A stretch of 57,076 nt of DNA from a virus (taxonomy: Duplodnaviria; Caudoviricetes): positions 1 to 57,076 of IMG/VR virus record IMGVR_UViG_3300037225_000975; one strand, given 5' to 3'. Below, piece by piece: positions 47,863-57,076 of the stretch. Both the position numbers and the translations under genes were made by a program. Under the pieces are notes generated by a model, which ran no database searches, was not told where the DNA came from, and saw nothing but the letters and a program-made list of their open reading frames with translations. Numbering within the stretch: position 1 is the first letter of the stretch; every line of letters begins with the position of its first letter.

Positions 47863-48530
47863 GGCTTCACAGGTAGTTTGATGCCAGCGAGTTTGAGAGT
47901 GCCAGAGAGCACGGGATCAGCTGCAGCCTCGTCTTGCGTCTTGTCCCACAACTTCCGCAGGGCATCGTGCTTGGCAGCGATCAGCCAGAGAAGACCACCG
48001 ATCACCAGCGCCGCGAATCCGCCGACCGCCCACTTCATCACCCATGGTAGGACTATGCCGATGGTTAGCGCGACGGTAGCCAGCGCAGCACCGGCGGCAG
48101 CGAAGGCCAGACCAGCCTGCCATCCCAGCGGGATGAAGCGGGTGATGACTGCGATCGCCGGGACGAAGCGTCCGACCACGCCGATCATGACTGCCCAGGC
48201 CACGCCGGCCAGAGCCAGCGCAGTACCGACCCAAGACGCCCACTTGCAGAGCGCGAGCAGCGGAGCCAGCGTGATGGCGGTCTGAGCGGTGGTGAGCTTC
48301 GACTCCACGGACGCGAGCTTCCCCTTGAGGTCGTCGCGCTCGATCTGGAGAGCCGCCAGCGGATCGACCGCAGGAGCGGTGGCCGTGGCAGCCGGCGGCT
48401 TGGGTGCCGCTGGTACGCCAGGTGCCGTGGGAGCCGCAGGAGGATGCGGAATATCCACGCGGACAGCAGAACACTGCGTGCATGAAGACATGCCGATGAA
48501 CATGAAGACGATGATGGCGACTCGGATCAT
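47859..48530 (-). CDS. Lipoprotein-signal, coiled-coil, multi-TM protein (spanin/holin candidate)
   Basis: MIRVAIIVFMFIGMSS-C; Pro/Ala linker; coiled coil; 3-4 hydrophobic helices. Confidence 0.5.
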   Translation of the reverse strand: MIRVAIIVFMFIGMSSCTQCSAVRVDIPHPPAAPTAPGVPAAPKPPAATATAPAVDPLAALQIERDDLKGKLASVESKLTTAQTAITLAPLLALCKWASWVGTALALAGVAWAVMIGVVGRFVPAIAVITRFIPLGWQAGLAFAAAGAALATVALTIGIVLPWVMKWAVGGFAALVIGGLLWLIAAKHDALRKLWDKTQDEAAADPVLSGTLKLAGIKLPVKP

Positions 48531-49066
48531 GGCTGCTTGTCCTTTGCAACAGGAGCCGGATCCTGTTGCGGGTAATAGTGCTTGGCGATCTGCTGATGAG
48601 CGAGGACTGTGCCGATCAGGACGGTGATCGCGCCGATCAGCTTGACGACGCCAGCGAGCGACACTCTGTCACCACGTTTCTTCTCCACGGCGTGACTTTC
48701 TGTGGTATCAGACTGCTTGTGCTTGCCAGATGGCTTGCCGTTCTCTATCTGGTCGATCCGTTCCTTGGTCACGCTGATATGGGCGTCCAGCTTGTCCTCG
48801 ATGCGCTGCATGCGCCCGTCTCCACGCTCCAACCTGAGCAGCACCGCGACTCCGTTCTTGGTGAGCCCGCGCATGTCGTCGCTGAGTCGGTCATTTGACT
48901 CCTGCAATCGACCGTAGGCGGTGGACAGATGCGACAGGATGCGCTCGCCCTCAGTGACGCGGATCTCAGCGTTCGAGCGTGTCTTTTCTTGCTGCATGGC
49001 TTCCTGAGCAGCGTGCGCCGCTTCGCGGCGGACCATCGACCGCGTGTCGTCATCGTGGGCTGGCAT
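48527..49066 (-). CDS. Coiled-coil protein with C-terminal TM (lysis candidate)
   Basis: RIEDKLD coiled coil; one TM helix. Confidence 0.5.
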   Translation of the reverse strand: MPAHDDDTRSMVRREAAHAAQEAMQQEKTRSNAEIRVTEGERILSHLSTAYGRLQESNDRLSDDMRGLTKNGVAVLLRLERGDGRMQRIEDKLDAHISVTKERIDQIENGKPSGKHKQSDTTESHAVEKKRGDRVSLAGVVKLIGAITVLIGTVLAHQQIAKHYYPQQDPAPVAKDKQP

Positions 49067-49114
49067 GGTGCCTCCAGGATACTCGCTTTTCTGCAGAAGT
49101 GAACCGACGTCGGA

Positions 49115-51079
49115 TCATGCGCCAACCTGACCGTAGATCTTGAGGTCGAGAATGAGCTGCGCGACGGCAGCTGCCAGATTGGGAAGGGAGATCGTGCTCG
49201 CATCAAACGACGCCTGGTGGCTGCCGTTGGTCGGCGTGCCGTAACCTGTGATCTGAGCAACCGGAGTCGCGCCCCACCATGCCTGCTTCTGGGTGGTAGC
49301 CGTGCCGAACTTGGTGCCTGCGGCGCTGCCTAGCACCACGTTGCGGTCGGTGATCGTGAGATCGGCCGTGGTGATCGAAACGCCGCCGGAGAAGGTCTGC
49401 GTGGCGGAGAAGGTCTGCGCGACGCTGATGCCGGCGAACGTGCTCGATGCGTTCGGCACCACCCACGTCCTGGTGGTCAGTGTGGTGAATCCAGATAGAT
49501 TGAACGCCAATTTCTTCGTCACGTCGGTGGAGTCCACCACCCTGATGGACGCCGAGCTGAAGTCGGCGGTGACGAGGCTGTTGATCCTGACCATCACCTG
49601 AGTTGCCGAGATCGTCGGGTTCGGATAGGTGCCGCTCAGATCGCCGCCAGCGGAGCCGGACGGGGTGCGAGAATCGCTGAGGCGAGCGTCGTTTCCCTGG
49701 CAGATGGTGCTCACTGCCGTTCCGTATGTCGGAGAGAAGGTGATCGTCGACCCGGCGCCGCCATCGGTGAGCGTCAGACCGGAGCCGGCTGCTAGCTGCC
49801 TGGCGAACGCGAGACCGATGCCGCTGGTGGTGCCGACCACCACGTAGTTGTCGCCGACCGGAGCGTATGTGGTGGATCCAGGAAGAGCGAACCAGCCTCG
49901 CGCACCGCTACCGTCCGTGCCGTAGTATCGCGAGATTCCTGGAGTGGCCGTGTCGCCGACGAGGTTGAGCGTGCGAGACGTCGATAACGCACCTCCGCCT
50001 GTCAGCGAGTGCTGCGTGTTGACCGCGATGGTGTTCGCCACTGCGTCGGTGATGCCGTAACCGGCGAGAGTGGAGGGGGTGCTCGTGATCGAGCTCCACG
50101 CCCAGATGGCGCTCGCTGATGCCGCGCCGATGTCGCTGGGAACCGCTCCTGCCTTCGAGATCTTGCCCCACGAGATCGCGGCAGATGCGGAAACCATCGC
50201 GTCGACGATGACGCCGGTGTTGATGGTCGGATTCGGGTAGGTGCCGGTTAGTGATCCGCCTGCAGCGCCAGTTGGAATCCTGGAATCAGAGAGACGCGAG
50301 TCGTTGCCGACGCAAGGAGTGGTGCTGGTCGTGCCGAAGGTGAGCGAGAGATTGAGAGTCGATCCGAGCGTCGCGGTGGCATCACCGCTCACGCCGTTCG
50401 CGTAGGCCATCGAGAAGCTCGGAGTCGCCATCTTCGCATTCGTGACAGCGCCGTTGGCGATGGTCGGATTCGGCAGCGTTCCCGTCAGATCTCCGCCCAC
50501 CGCGCCAGAGGGAACCGCGACCACGGTGGCTGTCGTGACGGAGGTGACTCTACCCTTGGCATCCACCGTGATGATCGGGACCGTGCTTGCTGCCCCGTAG
50601 GTTCCAGCCGAGACCCCCGAGGTCGTTAGGGTTGGGTTAGGATATGCCCCCGTGAGGTCTCCACCAGCGGAACCCGTGGGGATCCTGGAATTGGTAACGC
50701 TGGGATCGCTGATGTTAACCGCGTCCGTGATCCCGTAGCCGGCGAGAGTGTTCGGGACGCCGGTGATGGTCGACCATGCCTGGGTGTGGGTCGATGTCGC
50801 CGCGCCGATACCTGCCGGGGTGATCGAGAGTGCTGATGCTGCGGTGATTCTACCGTACGCGTCGACCGTGATCTGAGGCACCGTCGCGGCGTCGCCATAG
50901 ATGGCTGGAGTGATGCCACTAGCGGCGAGATCGAGAGTGACGTCAGCGCTGAGAGGACCGCCACCGACTATCCTGCCAGCCGTCCCGACGACCTGGCGGT
51001 CATCTCTGACGGCGAGACGAGGACCTATTTTGAGGGTGGTTTGCTTGGTGCCGGCGAGATCGACGATGATGCGACCCAT
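49115..51079 (-). CDS. Repeat-rich fibre protein
   Basis: GGDLTG.YPNPT x4, TLAGYGITDAV x2, GND.RLSDSR x2, TVP.ITVDA.GR x2. Confidence 0.8.
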   Translation of the reverse strand: MGRIIVDLAGTKQTTLKIGPRLAVRDDRQVVGTAGRIVGGGPLSADVTLDLAASGITPAIYGDAATVPQITVDAYGRITAASALSITPAGIGAATSTHTQAWSTITGVPNTLAGYGITDAVNISDPSVTNSRIPTGSAGGDLTGAYPNPTLTTSGVSAGTYGAASTVPIITVDAKGRVTSVTTATVVAVPSGAVGGDLTGTLPNPTIANGAVTNAKMATPSFSMAYANGVSGDATATLGSTLNLSLTFGTTSTTPCVGNDSRLSDSRIPTGAAGGSLTGTYPNPTINTGVIVDAMVSASAAISWGKISKAGAVPSDIGAASASAIWAWSSITSTPSTLAGYGITDAVANTIAVNTQHSLTGGGALSTSRTLNLVGDTATPGISRYYGTDGSGARGWFALPGSTTYAPVGDNYVVVGTTSGIGLAFARQLAAGSGLTLTDGGAGSTITFSPTYGTAVSTICQGNDARLSDSRTPSGSAGGDLSGTYPNPTISATQVMVRINSLVTADFSSASIRVVDSTDVTKKLAFNLSGFTTLTTRTWVVPNASSTFAGISVAQTFSATQTFSGGVSITTADLTITDRNVVLGSAAGTKFGTATTQKQAWWGATPVAQITGYGTPTNGSHQASFDASTISLPNLAAAVAQLILDLKIYGQVGA

Positions 51080-51080
51080 G

Positions 51081-51899
51081 TCAGGTTGCTCCAGTGGTGA
51101 CGATCTGGACCACGAACTTTCCCGCCGTCGACGTCCCTGGATTGCAGTAAACGAAAACCGTCAGAGGCCCGACGGCAGAGGCTTCCCGCTCGAAAGAGTC
51201 AGTGCTGGTGACGTCGACGTCACCAGCGGTCATGTAGGCGCCGTGACTCGACGGTATGCCGACCTCGATGGTGGCTGTCGGATCGTTGAACGGAATCTCC
51301 ATGATCACTTCGACTTCGTCGAGCGCCTGGCCGGCGGGAAGTGCCAGCACTGCGAACGGGTAGGCGGCATTGTACTGAAGCTCTGTGCGGATTCCGCCCA
51401 CGCTACCTCCCGACGGTGGTGTTCCTCCTCCTGGCGTGGAGAAGTCAGTTTCGTAGGTCTTGCGATCCATCGCGCTTTGGAGATTGAACTGCACCTCGAT
51501 GGTGTAGCCCAACGGCGAGTCGCCGAAGTTGGTGATCGTCTCGTCGCCAATGAAGAAGTAATTCTGATTCCTGGCGATGATCAGGCCGGCATAGACGATG
51601 TTCCTGGCCAGCTCCTCGCCAGCGGTTTGCGTCATCGTCGCGACGTGAACCCTGATGCCCCAACGTGACGTGACGACACCGAGCTGGATGTCTCCCAGCG
51701 CTTTCCAGTGATCGTCGACTTGGAAGATCTCGACGGCTGGAAGACGACCGCGGTGCAGCTCGGCCAGAAGGCCGGCGCGATCGCCTTTGAGAACGCGAGT
51801 CGCCCAGGTGACAGAATCTATGCCCGCCACCGCGGCGACTGAGGGGTCGCTCCACGCGGACACGAGGCCGTCTCTCGCGACCGTGTGGAGCGATGACAT
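51081..51899 (-). CDS. Tail-terminator-like domain fused to a beta-sandwich domain
   Basis: LPAVEI...WGIRVHV N-domain; Gly/Pro linker; V......FN...ATIEVG C-domain. Confidence 0.45.
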   Translation of the reverse strand: MSSLHTVARDGLVSAWSDPSVAAVAGIDSVTWATRVLKGDRAGLLAELHRGRLPAVEIFQVDDHWKALGDIQLGVVTSRWGIRVHVATMTQTAGEELARNIVYAGLIIARNQNYFFIGDETITNFGDSPLGYTIEVQFNLQSAMDRKTYETDFSTPGGGTPPSGGSVGGIRTELQYNAAYPFAVLALPAGQALDEVEVIMEIPFNDPTATIEVGIPSSHGAYMTAGDVDVTSTDSFEREASAVGPLTVFVYCNPGTSTAGKFVVQIVTTGAT

Positions 51900-51905
51900 G
51901 GAGGG

Positions 51906-52364
51906 TTACTCCGGCTTCGCTGCCGAATCGTCGATGATGAGCCAGTCCAGGGTGGCAAGCGCCGAGGCGGACAACTCCACGCCGACGCGTTCCTTGCCAT
52001 CCGGGCCCTTGAGCTTCATCTTTTCGAGATCCGACAACTTGAATGGCGTGACCTTGAAATCTTCCAGCTCGAGATCATAGAGCTCCTGGATGCGTTCGCT
52101 GGTGAGCACCGGGTTGGCCTGTTCCATCTTGTTGGGGTCGACGTTGCCATCCGCGTCGGTGGGGTGGACGGGCTTGCCGTCAGCGTCCTTCTTCGACAGG
52201 TCCGTGACCAGCTTCTTCTGGGCTTCGTTGAGCTCTTCGAGACGGTCACGCAGCGTCTTGATGGTGCGACTGATCGCGAAGCTCGTGCGCACGGGACCGG
52301 TCTTGGTCGCGTCGCTGAACTCCTGCAGCGCTTGGAGTGATGGAATGATCTGACTGTTCTTCAT
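51906..52364 (-). CDS. Hypothetical protein, possible fibre assembly chaperone
   Basis: AGGAG SD; helical; ends L..LDWLI.D. Confidence 0.5.
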   Translation of the reverse strand: MKNSQIIPSLQALQEFSDATKTGPVRTSFAISRTIKTLRDRLEELNEAQKKLVTDLSKKDADGKPVHPTDADGNVDPNKMEQANPVLTSERIQELYDLELEDFKVTPFKLSDLEKMKLKGPDGKERVGVELSASALATLDWLIIDDSAAKPE

Positions 52365-52415
52365 GTGCTTCTCCTGGAAGCGGGTGGATGCGGTCTGAAG
52401 AGACAAGATATCCAG

Positions 52416-52874
52416 CTAGCTCTGCTTTGCCATCGATGGAGGAGCGAACGCAGCTAAGAGGTCGTGCAATTTTCCGGGCGACACCGTGCACGGGACTACG
52501 TCGCGCAGAAGCTCGGCTCGTTGGAGCGCCGCGACGCAGAACTCGGAGCAGAACCACTTGCGCGGATGGCTGCGCGGGATGCGGAGAACTTGCGAGTAGA
52601 AGAGCCCCAGCCAGTCATACTTGCACCCTATCTCGGTGATGCACCAGACGTGGATGGCCAGCATTCTGTCTATGCTGAGATCGAAGCGCACCACGTCCCA
52701 TTCGTTCAGATCGAGAGACGCGACCTGGATGATCGTCACGCCGGTGCTATCCCTGGCGGCGATCATCTGCCCATCGTCGAACAGCAGTTCTACGTGAGAA
52801 TATGGCGATTTCGTCCACCATCTGATCAGACGGTCGAAGAGTCCAGCCTTGCCCTTGTAGAACGCCAGCTTCAT
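52416..52874 (-). CDS. Permuted papain-like (NlpC/P60, YiiX/YaeF-type) amidase
   Basis: SPYSHVEL...G.KYD...WFCSEF. Confidence 0.8.
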   Translation of the reverse strand: MKLAFYKGKAGLFDRLIRWWTKSPYSHVELLFDDGQMIAARDSTGVTIIQVASLDLNEWDVVRFDLSIDRMLAIHVWCITEIGCKYDWLGLFYSQVLRIPRSHPRKWFCSEFCVAALQRAELLRDVVPCTVSPGKLHDLLAAFAPPSMAKQS

Positions 52875-52878
52875 GGTA

Positions 52879-53202
52879 TCAGGCGATGCCGGCGCCCTTG
52901 TGGGCGTCGATGACGGCGTTCACCGCCTCGAGGATCTGGCCCACGGTCAGCTTGATGCCATCCTGCAGCACGTGGGTCTCGCCGATGATGTCGAACACGT
53001 CAAGATTCACGTCGGGCAGCGGGATGCGCTCGCCGACCTGGACACCCATGGCGTCCTGTGGTTCCTTCACCCGCTGGATCTGCATGCCGTACTTGCCAGG
53101 AAGCACGTTGATGCCGAGGTTGTTGCTCGAGACCATGGCCGTGCAGCGAACCTCGAACCGCGTCGGGACTGGTGCAGTGTTGGGAATGATGACGTCGGTC
53201 AT
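52879..53202 (-). CDS. Hypothetical protein downstream of the giant fibre
   Basis: AAGGA SD; packed between neighbouring genes. Confidence 0.55.
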   Translation of the reverse strand: MTDVIIPNTAPVPTRFEVRCTAMVSSNNLGINVLPGKYGMQIQRVKEPQDAMGVQVGERIPLPDVNLDVFDIIGETHVLQDGIKLTVGQILEAVNAVIDAHKGAGIA

Positions 53203-53211
53203 GGGGGATCC

Positions 53212-56200
53212 TTAGTAGAGACGATACCAGACAGTGTTGTAGTAGATGAACGATACGCTGGTATCGGCGAGAAGCGCGGGCGGCGCGTTGTTGATCGACT
53301 GCCCGGCGTTTGGGCTCAACGTGAGGCTGGTCACTGCGCCGGCGGTGACGATGGTGTAGACCTTTCCGTTGATCGGGCCGCTCGGCATCGTCAGGGTGAA
53401 GGTTGCGATCGTGCTGGTGTTGGTGTTGAGCGTGGTCCAGGCGTTGTCGTTGATGACCAGCGACCCGGCAGCGGCCCAGGACGAGACGTTGCCTCCGATG
53501 GCTCCGTCAGCCAGGCCACCGACAATCGCCGTCCCCAAGTTGTCCACCTTGAAGTACGAGGTGCCGTTGACCTGGCAGTCGATGAGGTTGCCGACGAATC
53601 CAGAGGTCGCGTTGATGCCCAGCCCGGTTCCAGCGGTGTTCCAGCCGGTCGAGGTCGTGCTGTTCGGCTCAATGAGCAGTTGCGGCTTGGTTGTCGTCGC
53701 GCTGCCGCCGGTGTACCACGAGCCAGTAAACAGGAGCGCGGACTGCGAGGCATTCGGGCTGTTGCTGAAGGTGTTTCGCGCCTCGTAGCTGTTGATCCCG
53801 ACATTGCCGGACTGGTAGAAACCGAACCGGGTTCCTGAGCCAGACGAAGGAATGGCGAGGTAGATGCCGTAGAACGTACCCGAAGTTCCGAGAAGGTTCG
53901 CATCTACCCTGAGTCCGTACATCTGCGTGATGTTGTTGACTCTCGTGACGCTGATGGCGAGCCCGGCCATCCAGTTGGTCGTCGAACCACCGCCAGCGTT
54001 GGTGACCGCGATGTTGGCGCCGTAGATGTTGCCGGTCGAAGAACCGGATGCGTCCAGCGAGACGTTCAGGCAGTTCACCTGACCAGCGCCAGAGTTGATG
54101 CCAGTGAGCGTCAGCATGCTCGCCGCGCTGGCATAGGTGCCAGTGAGCGCGACGACCGAGCCGTCATAGGTAAAGTTGGCGCTGCCGTGGACTGTGTTGG
54201 CGCCTGAGTCGCCGTAGGCGATCTGCGTGTTGGAGAGCGTGCCGGTGATGCCGCCACCAGCGGCGCCGAGCTGCACGGTCGCACCATTGATGCGGACATA
54301 CATCGCCGTGGTCGTCGTCCAGATGTCGCCATCCACCGGCGTTGTCGGAGCGGCACCGTGGGGAACGTTCAGGGAAGACTTGGCTGTGGTTCCCACGCCG
54401 AGAGTCAAGAATGAGGTGGTGGTGGCGGTGTTGCCGATGCCGGTGTCGCCGTTGAGATAGTTCAACGTGGAGGCGCCGGACTGGTAGAAGCCGTAGACGG
54501 TCCCGCCGCTCAAGCTGGCGAGATAGACGCCGTAGGTGGTGCCTCCACCGGTGGCGTTCAGGCTCGTGATGCTGATGCCGTAGGTCGTCGCGCCGCCGGA
54601 GCTCGTCACCGACGACATCTGGAGGCCGTAAGCTCCGATGTTCTTGCTGCTGACGTTGTTGATCGTGATGCCGCTGGCAGAACCAGAGGTCGCTGCCGTC
54701 ATGTTGACGTGCGAGATATAGATGCCAGTACCGCCGGCGGAAGTTGCTCCGGCCCCATACACGATGTCGATGTGCAGGCCGTTGACCGTCGGGCCGATGC
54801 TGGTCGTCGAGCTGACGATGGGGGCGATGAGGATTCCGTCGACGGTCACCGTCGCGCTCGAAGCAGCAGAGATGATCGGCGCAAGCCAGATCGACCGATA
54901 CGTCAGACTCGTCGACCCGCCACTGGCTGAGAGCGTGGACCCGTCGGTGATCGTGCTGATGCTGGGCGACCCGCTGACGTAGGTGGCAGGAGCGCGGCCG
55001 AATGTGAGACCTGAGCCAGTTGCCAGGTAGGTCAGCTCGGCCAACCCCTGGATGGAGTTTGCCGTCACGGCTCCGAACGCGATCTGCGTTGACGTGATCG
55101 AGCCGCCGATGGTCCCGCCTCCGCCAGCCGCCGCCCAGGATAGATTTCCAGCGCCATCGTTGGTCAGCACCGTGCTCGCGCCGCCCTGGCTGCTCGGCCA
55201 TGAGTAGGACACGGCCTTGAGGAGCGACAGATCGCCGTTGCTATTGACGGTGAACTTATCGACGCCGCCGTACTCCATGTGCAGCAGATTGACCGTCAGA
55301 CCAGTGACGCTCGTGTTCACCGTGTCGACCGCGAGGACGTTGAAGGTCGTGTTGGTGTTCGAGGCGCCGGTATTGAACGTCGGCTTGTGGTACGAGCAGT
55401 AGAACGTGCGCGTGTTCGTGTCGTTCTTGGTGATCGTGGACGAGGTGTAGAAGCTGCTGACAGCCTGATCGGCAGCAGTGTTCAGTGTGGCACCTCCAAC
55501 CGTTAGCGAGGCGGTCTGATCAAGCGTGGCAGTGCCCATGCCGACCTGCCCGAATGTGCCGGCACCAGCCGCTCCGGTGATCCACATGGTCGGCGTGGTG
55601 CAGTTGAGGCCGAAGTTGATCGTGCTGCCCTGCACGGGCGTGAAGCGGTTGGCCCCAGATCCGGCTCCGATGCCGAACATATACACGTTCGCCATGTTGG
55701 AGACCACGATGTTGGAACCCATCGTGTAGAAGTTCGAGTAGTAGGGTCCAGACGTCGTGACCGACGTCAGCCCGCCGATCAGATGGGCGTTGTTGATCGC
55801 GTTGTTGGTGACGATTCCGCCACCAGTCGACATGATGATCGTTTGGGTGTCGCCAGCAGTGTCGCTATTCCCACCGATATTGAGAACGAACGTGTTGCTC
55901 TGATTGCTGGTGATCTGATTAAGGTACTGTCCCAAGGTGATCTTGCTGCCTGCCCACGTGCGGATATTCCGCGCAGTGAGCGAACCATCAGACAGGACGC
56001 TGGCCTGGGAGACGCCACCAGAGAGCAGGTTGAGCAGGTTGACCGTCAGGCCCGTCACCGACGTGTTGGTCGTGTCGACTGCGAGGACGTTGAAGGTCGT
56101 ATTGAGATTGCTTCCGCCGGTGTTCAGCGTCGGCTTCAACAGATTTCCATAGAAGACCCGCGTGTTCGAGTCGTTCTTGCTGATCGTCGAGGTTTCGCTG

Positions 56201-57076
56201 ATCGTCGCAACCGACTGGTCGGCCGCGGTCGACAGGTTCGCGCCGACGAGGTTCAGCGTGGCGGTGGCGGCCAGCGATGCCGTGCCGATGGCTGCCTGGG
56301 TGGTGGTCAGCGAGTTGACCGACTGCAGATAGCCTGCGCCTGGGCTGGCGGTGAAGGTGCCGCCGACTTGCATGCCGCCGTCGCCCCAGATCCGCACCTT
56401 CTCGGAGGTGACCACGGTCCCTGGCGCGGTGGTGAAGAATCCGATGCGCGCACCCTGGGCGGTGTCCGTCCAGTTCTCGGCGGCGAACATGGACAGGTAG
56501 GCGCGGGCAGAGGCAGAGTACCCGGTCGCTCCGTAACCGCGTGCCGAGATGTGGACCATCTCGTCGCCGAGCTGCAGCGCGGTCGGGCCAGAAGCGTTGC
56601 CGCGGGCGGCGCGTCCGGAGAACGAGACGTACTGACCGATGCCGTAGACGTCGATGTTGATGCGTCCGACGGCCGCGTCAGCCTGCTGGATCTCGAGCAG
56701 CGTTCCGGCGGGAGGGGCGGTAGGAGCGGAGGCGTTTTGAGACAGGGTGAGCAGGTTGGAGACGTAGGTGAAGGTCGAGCTGCCGGCGATCTGGTTGGAC
56801 GTCGCCGCGCCGTAGGCCACCTGCCCGGCGGTGATCGAGCCACCGATGGCGCTGATCGAGGCGGCGGTGATCGTCGCCGTGCTGACGGTCGTCAACCTGC
56901 CCTTGGCGTCGTAGGTGATGACCGGGACGACGGTGGCCGAGCCGGTCGGACCGCCGGCGACGATCACCGAGGCCAGCGTCACTGCACCGGACGCGCTCAT
57001 GGTCGCGTCGCTCGACAGCAAGTTCCATGTCAGATTGCCTGCGCCATCGTTGATCAGTATGGTCGCCGCAGCGCCC
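53212..57076 (-). CDS. 3' part of giant fibre protein (joined to 538-123)
   Basis: Frame is open to the window end; Thr/Gly/Ser/Asn-rich modules; repeat of about 66 aa duplicated 750 bp apart. Confidence 0.85.
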   Translation of the reverse strand, partial: GAAATILINDGAGNLTWNLLSSDATMSASGAVTLASVIVAGGPTGSATVVPVITYDAKGRLTTVSTATITAASISAIGGSITAGQVAYGAATSNQIAGSSTFTYVSNLLTLSQNASAPTAPPAGTLLEIQQADAAVGRINIDVYGIGQYVSFSGRAARGNASGPTALQLGDEMVHISARGYGATGYSASARAYLSMFAAENWTDTAQGARIGFFTTAPGTVVTSEKVRIWGDGGMQVGGTFTASPGAGYLQSVNSLTTTQAAIGTASLAATATLNLVGANLSTAADQSVATISETSTISKNDSNTRVFYGNLLKPTLNTGGSNLNTTFNVLAVDTTNTSVTGLTVNLLNLLSGGVSQASVLSDGSLTARNIRTWAGSKITLGQYLNQITSNQSNTFVLNIGGNSDTAGDTQTIIMSTGGGIVTNNAINNAHLIGGLTSVTTSGPYYSNFYTMGSNIVVSNMANVYMFGIGAGSGANRFTPVQGSTINFGLNCTTPTMWITGAAGAGTFGQVGMGTATLDQTASLTVGGATLNTAADQAVSSFYTSSTITKNDTNTRTFYCSYHKPTFNTGASNTNTTFNVLAVDTVNTSVTGLTVNLLHMEYGGVDKFTVNSNGDLSLLKAVSYSWPSSQGGASTVLTNDGAGNLSWAAAGGGGTIGGSITSTQIAFGAVTANSIQGLAELTYLATGSGLTFGRAPATYVSGSPSISTITDGSTLSASGGSTSLTYRSIWLAPIISAASSATVTVDGILIAPIVSSTTSIGPTVNGLHIDIVYGAGATSAGGTGIYISHVNMTAATSGSASGITINNVSSKNIGAYGLQMSSVTSSGGATTYGISITSLNATGGGTTYGVYLASLSGGTVYGFYQSGASTLNYLNGDTGIGNTATTTSFLTLGVGTTAKSSLNVPHGAAPTTPVDGDIWTTTTAMYVRINGATVQLGAAGGGITGTLSNTQIAYGDSGANTVHGSANFTYDGSVVALTGTYASAASMLTLTGINSGAGQVNCLNVSLDASGSSTGNIYGANIAVTNAGGGSTTNWMAGLAISVTRVNNITQMYGLRVDANLLGTSGTFYGIYLAIPSSGSGTRFGFYQSGNVGINSYEARNTFSNSPNASQSALLFTGSWYTGGSATTTKPQLLIEPNSTTSTGWNTAGTGLGINATSGFVGNLIDCQVNGTSYFKVDNLGTAIVGGLADGAIGGNVSSWAAAGSLVINDNAWTTLNTNTSTIATFTLTMPSGPINGKVYTIVTAGAVTSLTLSPNAGQSINNAPPALLADTSVSFIYYNTVWYRLY

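Noticed and set aside
55282-56230. DGR template/variable repeat pair in the fibre
   Set aside because: Both copies are in-frame coding, differences are not adenine-specific, and no reverse transcriptase is present

Overview
Apparently complete, circularly permuted genome of a GC-rich tailed dsDNA phage. The last 36 nt repeat positions 87-122, giving a 56,954-bp circle. No integrase, repressor cassette or tail sheath is recognisable, so it is probably a lytic siphovirus with a short tail. Most genes are on the minus strand: terminase, portal, scaffold and capsid (YuA/M6-like by my recognition), a head-spike/fibre block, a tail module with a -1 frameshift chaperone, replication genes (PolA, primase fused to an MCM-like AAA+ domain, SSB-like, Sak4-like, nuclease, RuvC-like, SNF2) and tRNA-Asn. 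A short plus-strand early operon contains a hammerhead ribozyme and a UDG-like gene. The best candidate for a new system is a cytosine-modification pathway. Its C5-DNA-methyltransferase homologue has Lys in place of the motif X Asn (QIAKAV versus QIGNAV), the same change that turns engineered M.MpeI and Dcm into carboxy-SAM-dependent carboxymethyltransferases. It sits beside a dCMP-type (Asp) thymidylate synthase homologue, a dCMP deaminase and a MazG-like pyrophosphatase, with a dNMP kinase and a second SAM-methyltransferase downstream. Other notable points: two in-frame alleles of the giant fibre captured at the contig ends, paralogous internal-protein-like genes, and candidate structured RNAs in the replication operon. 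All functional calls come from reading motifs by eye; no searches were run.
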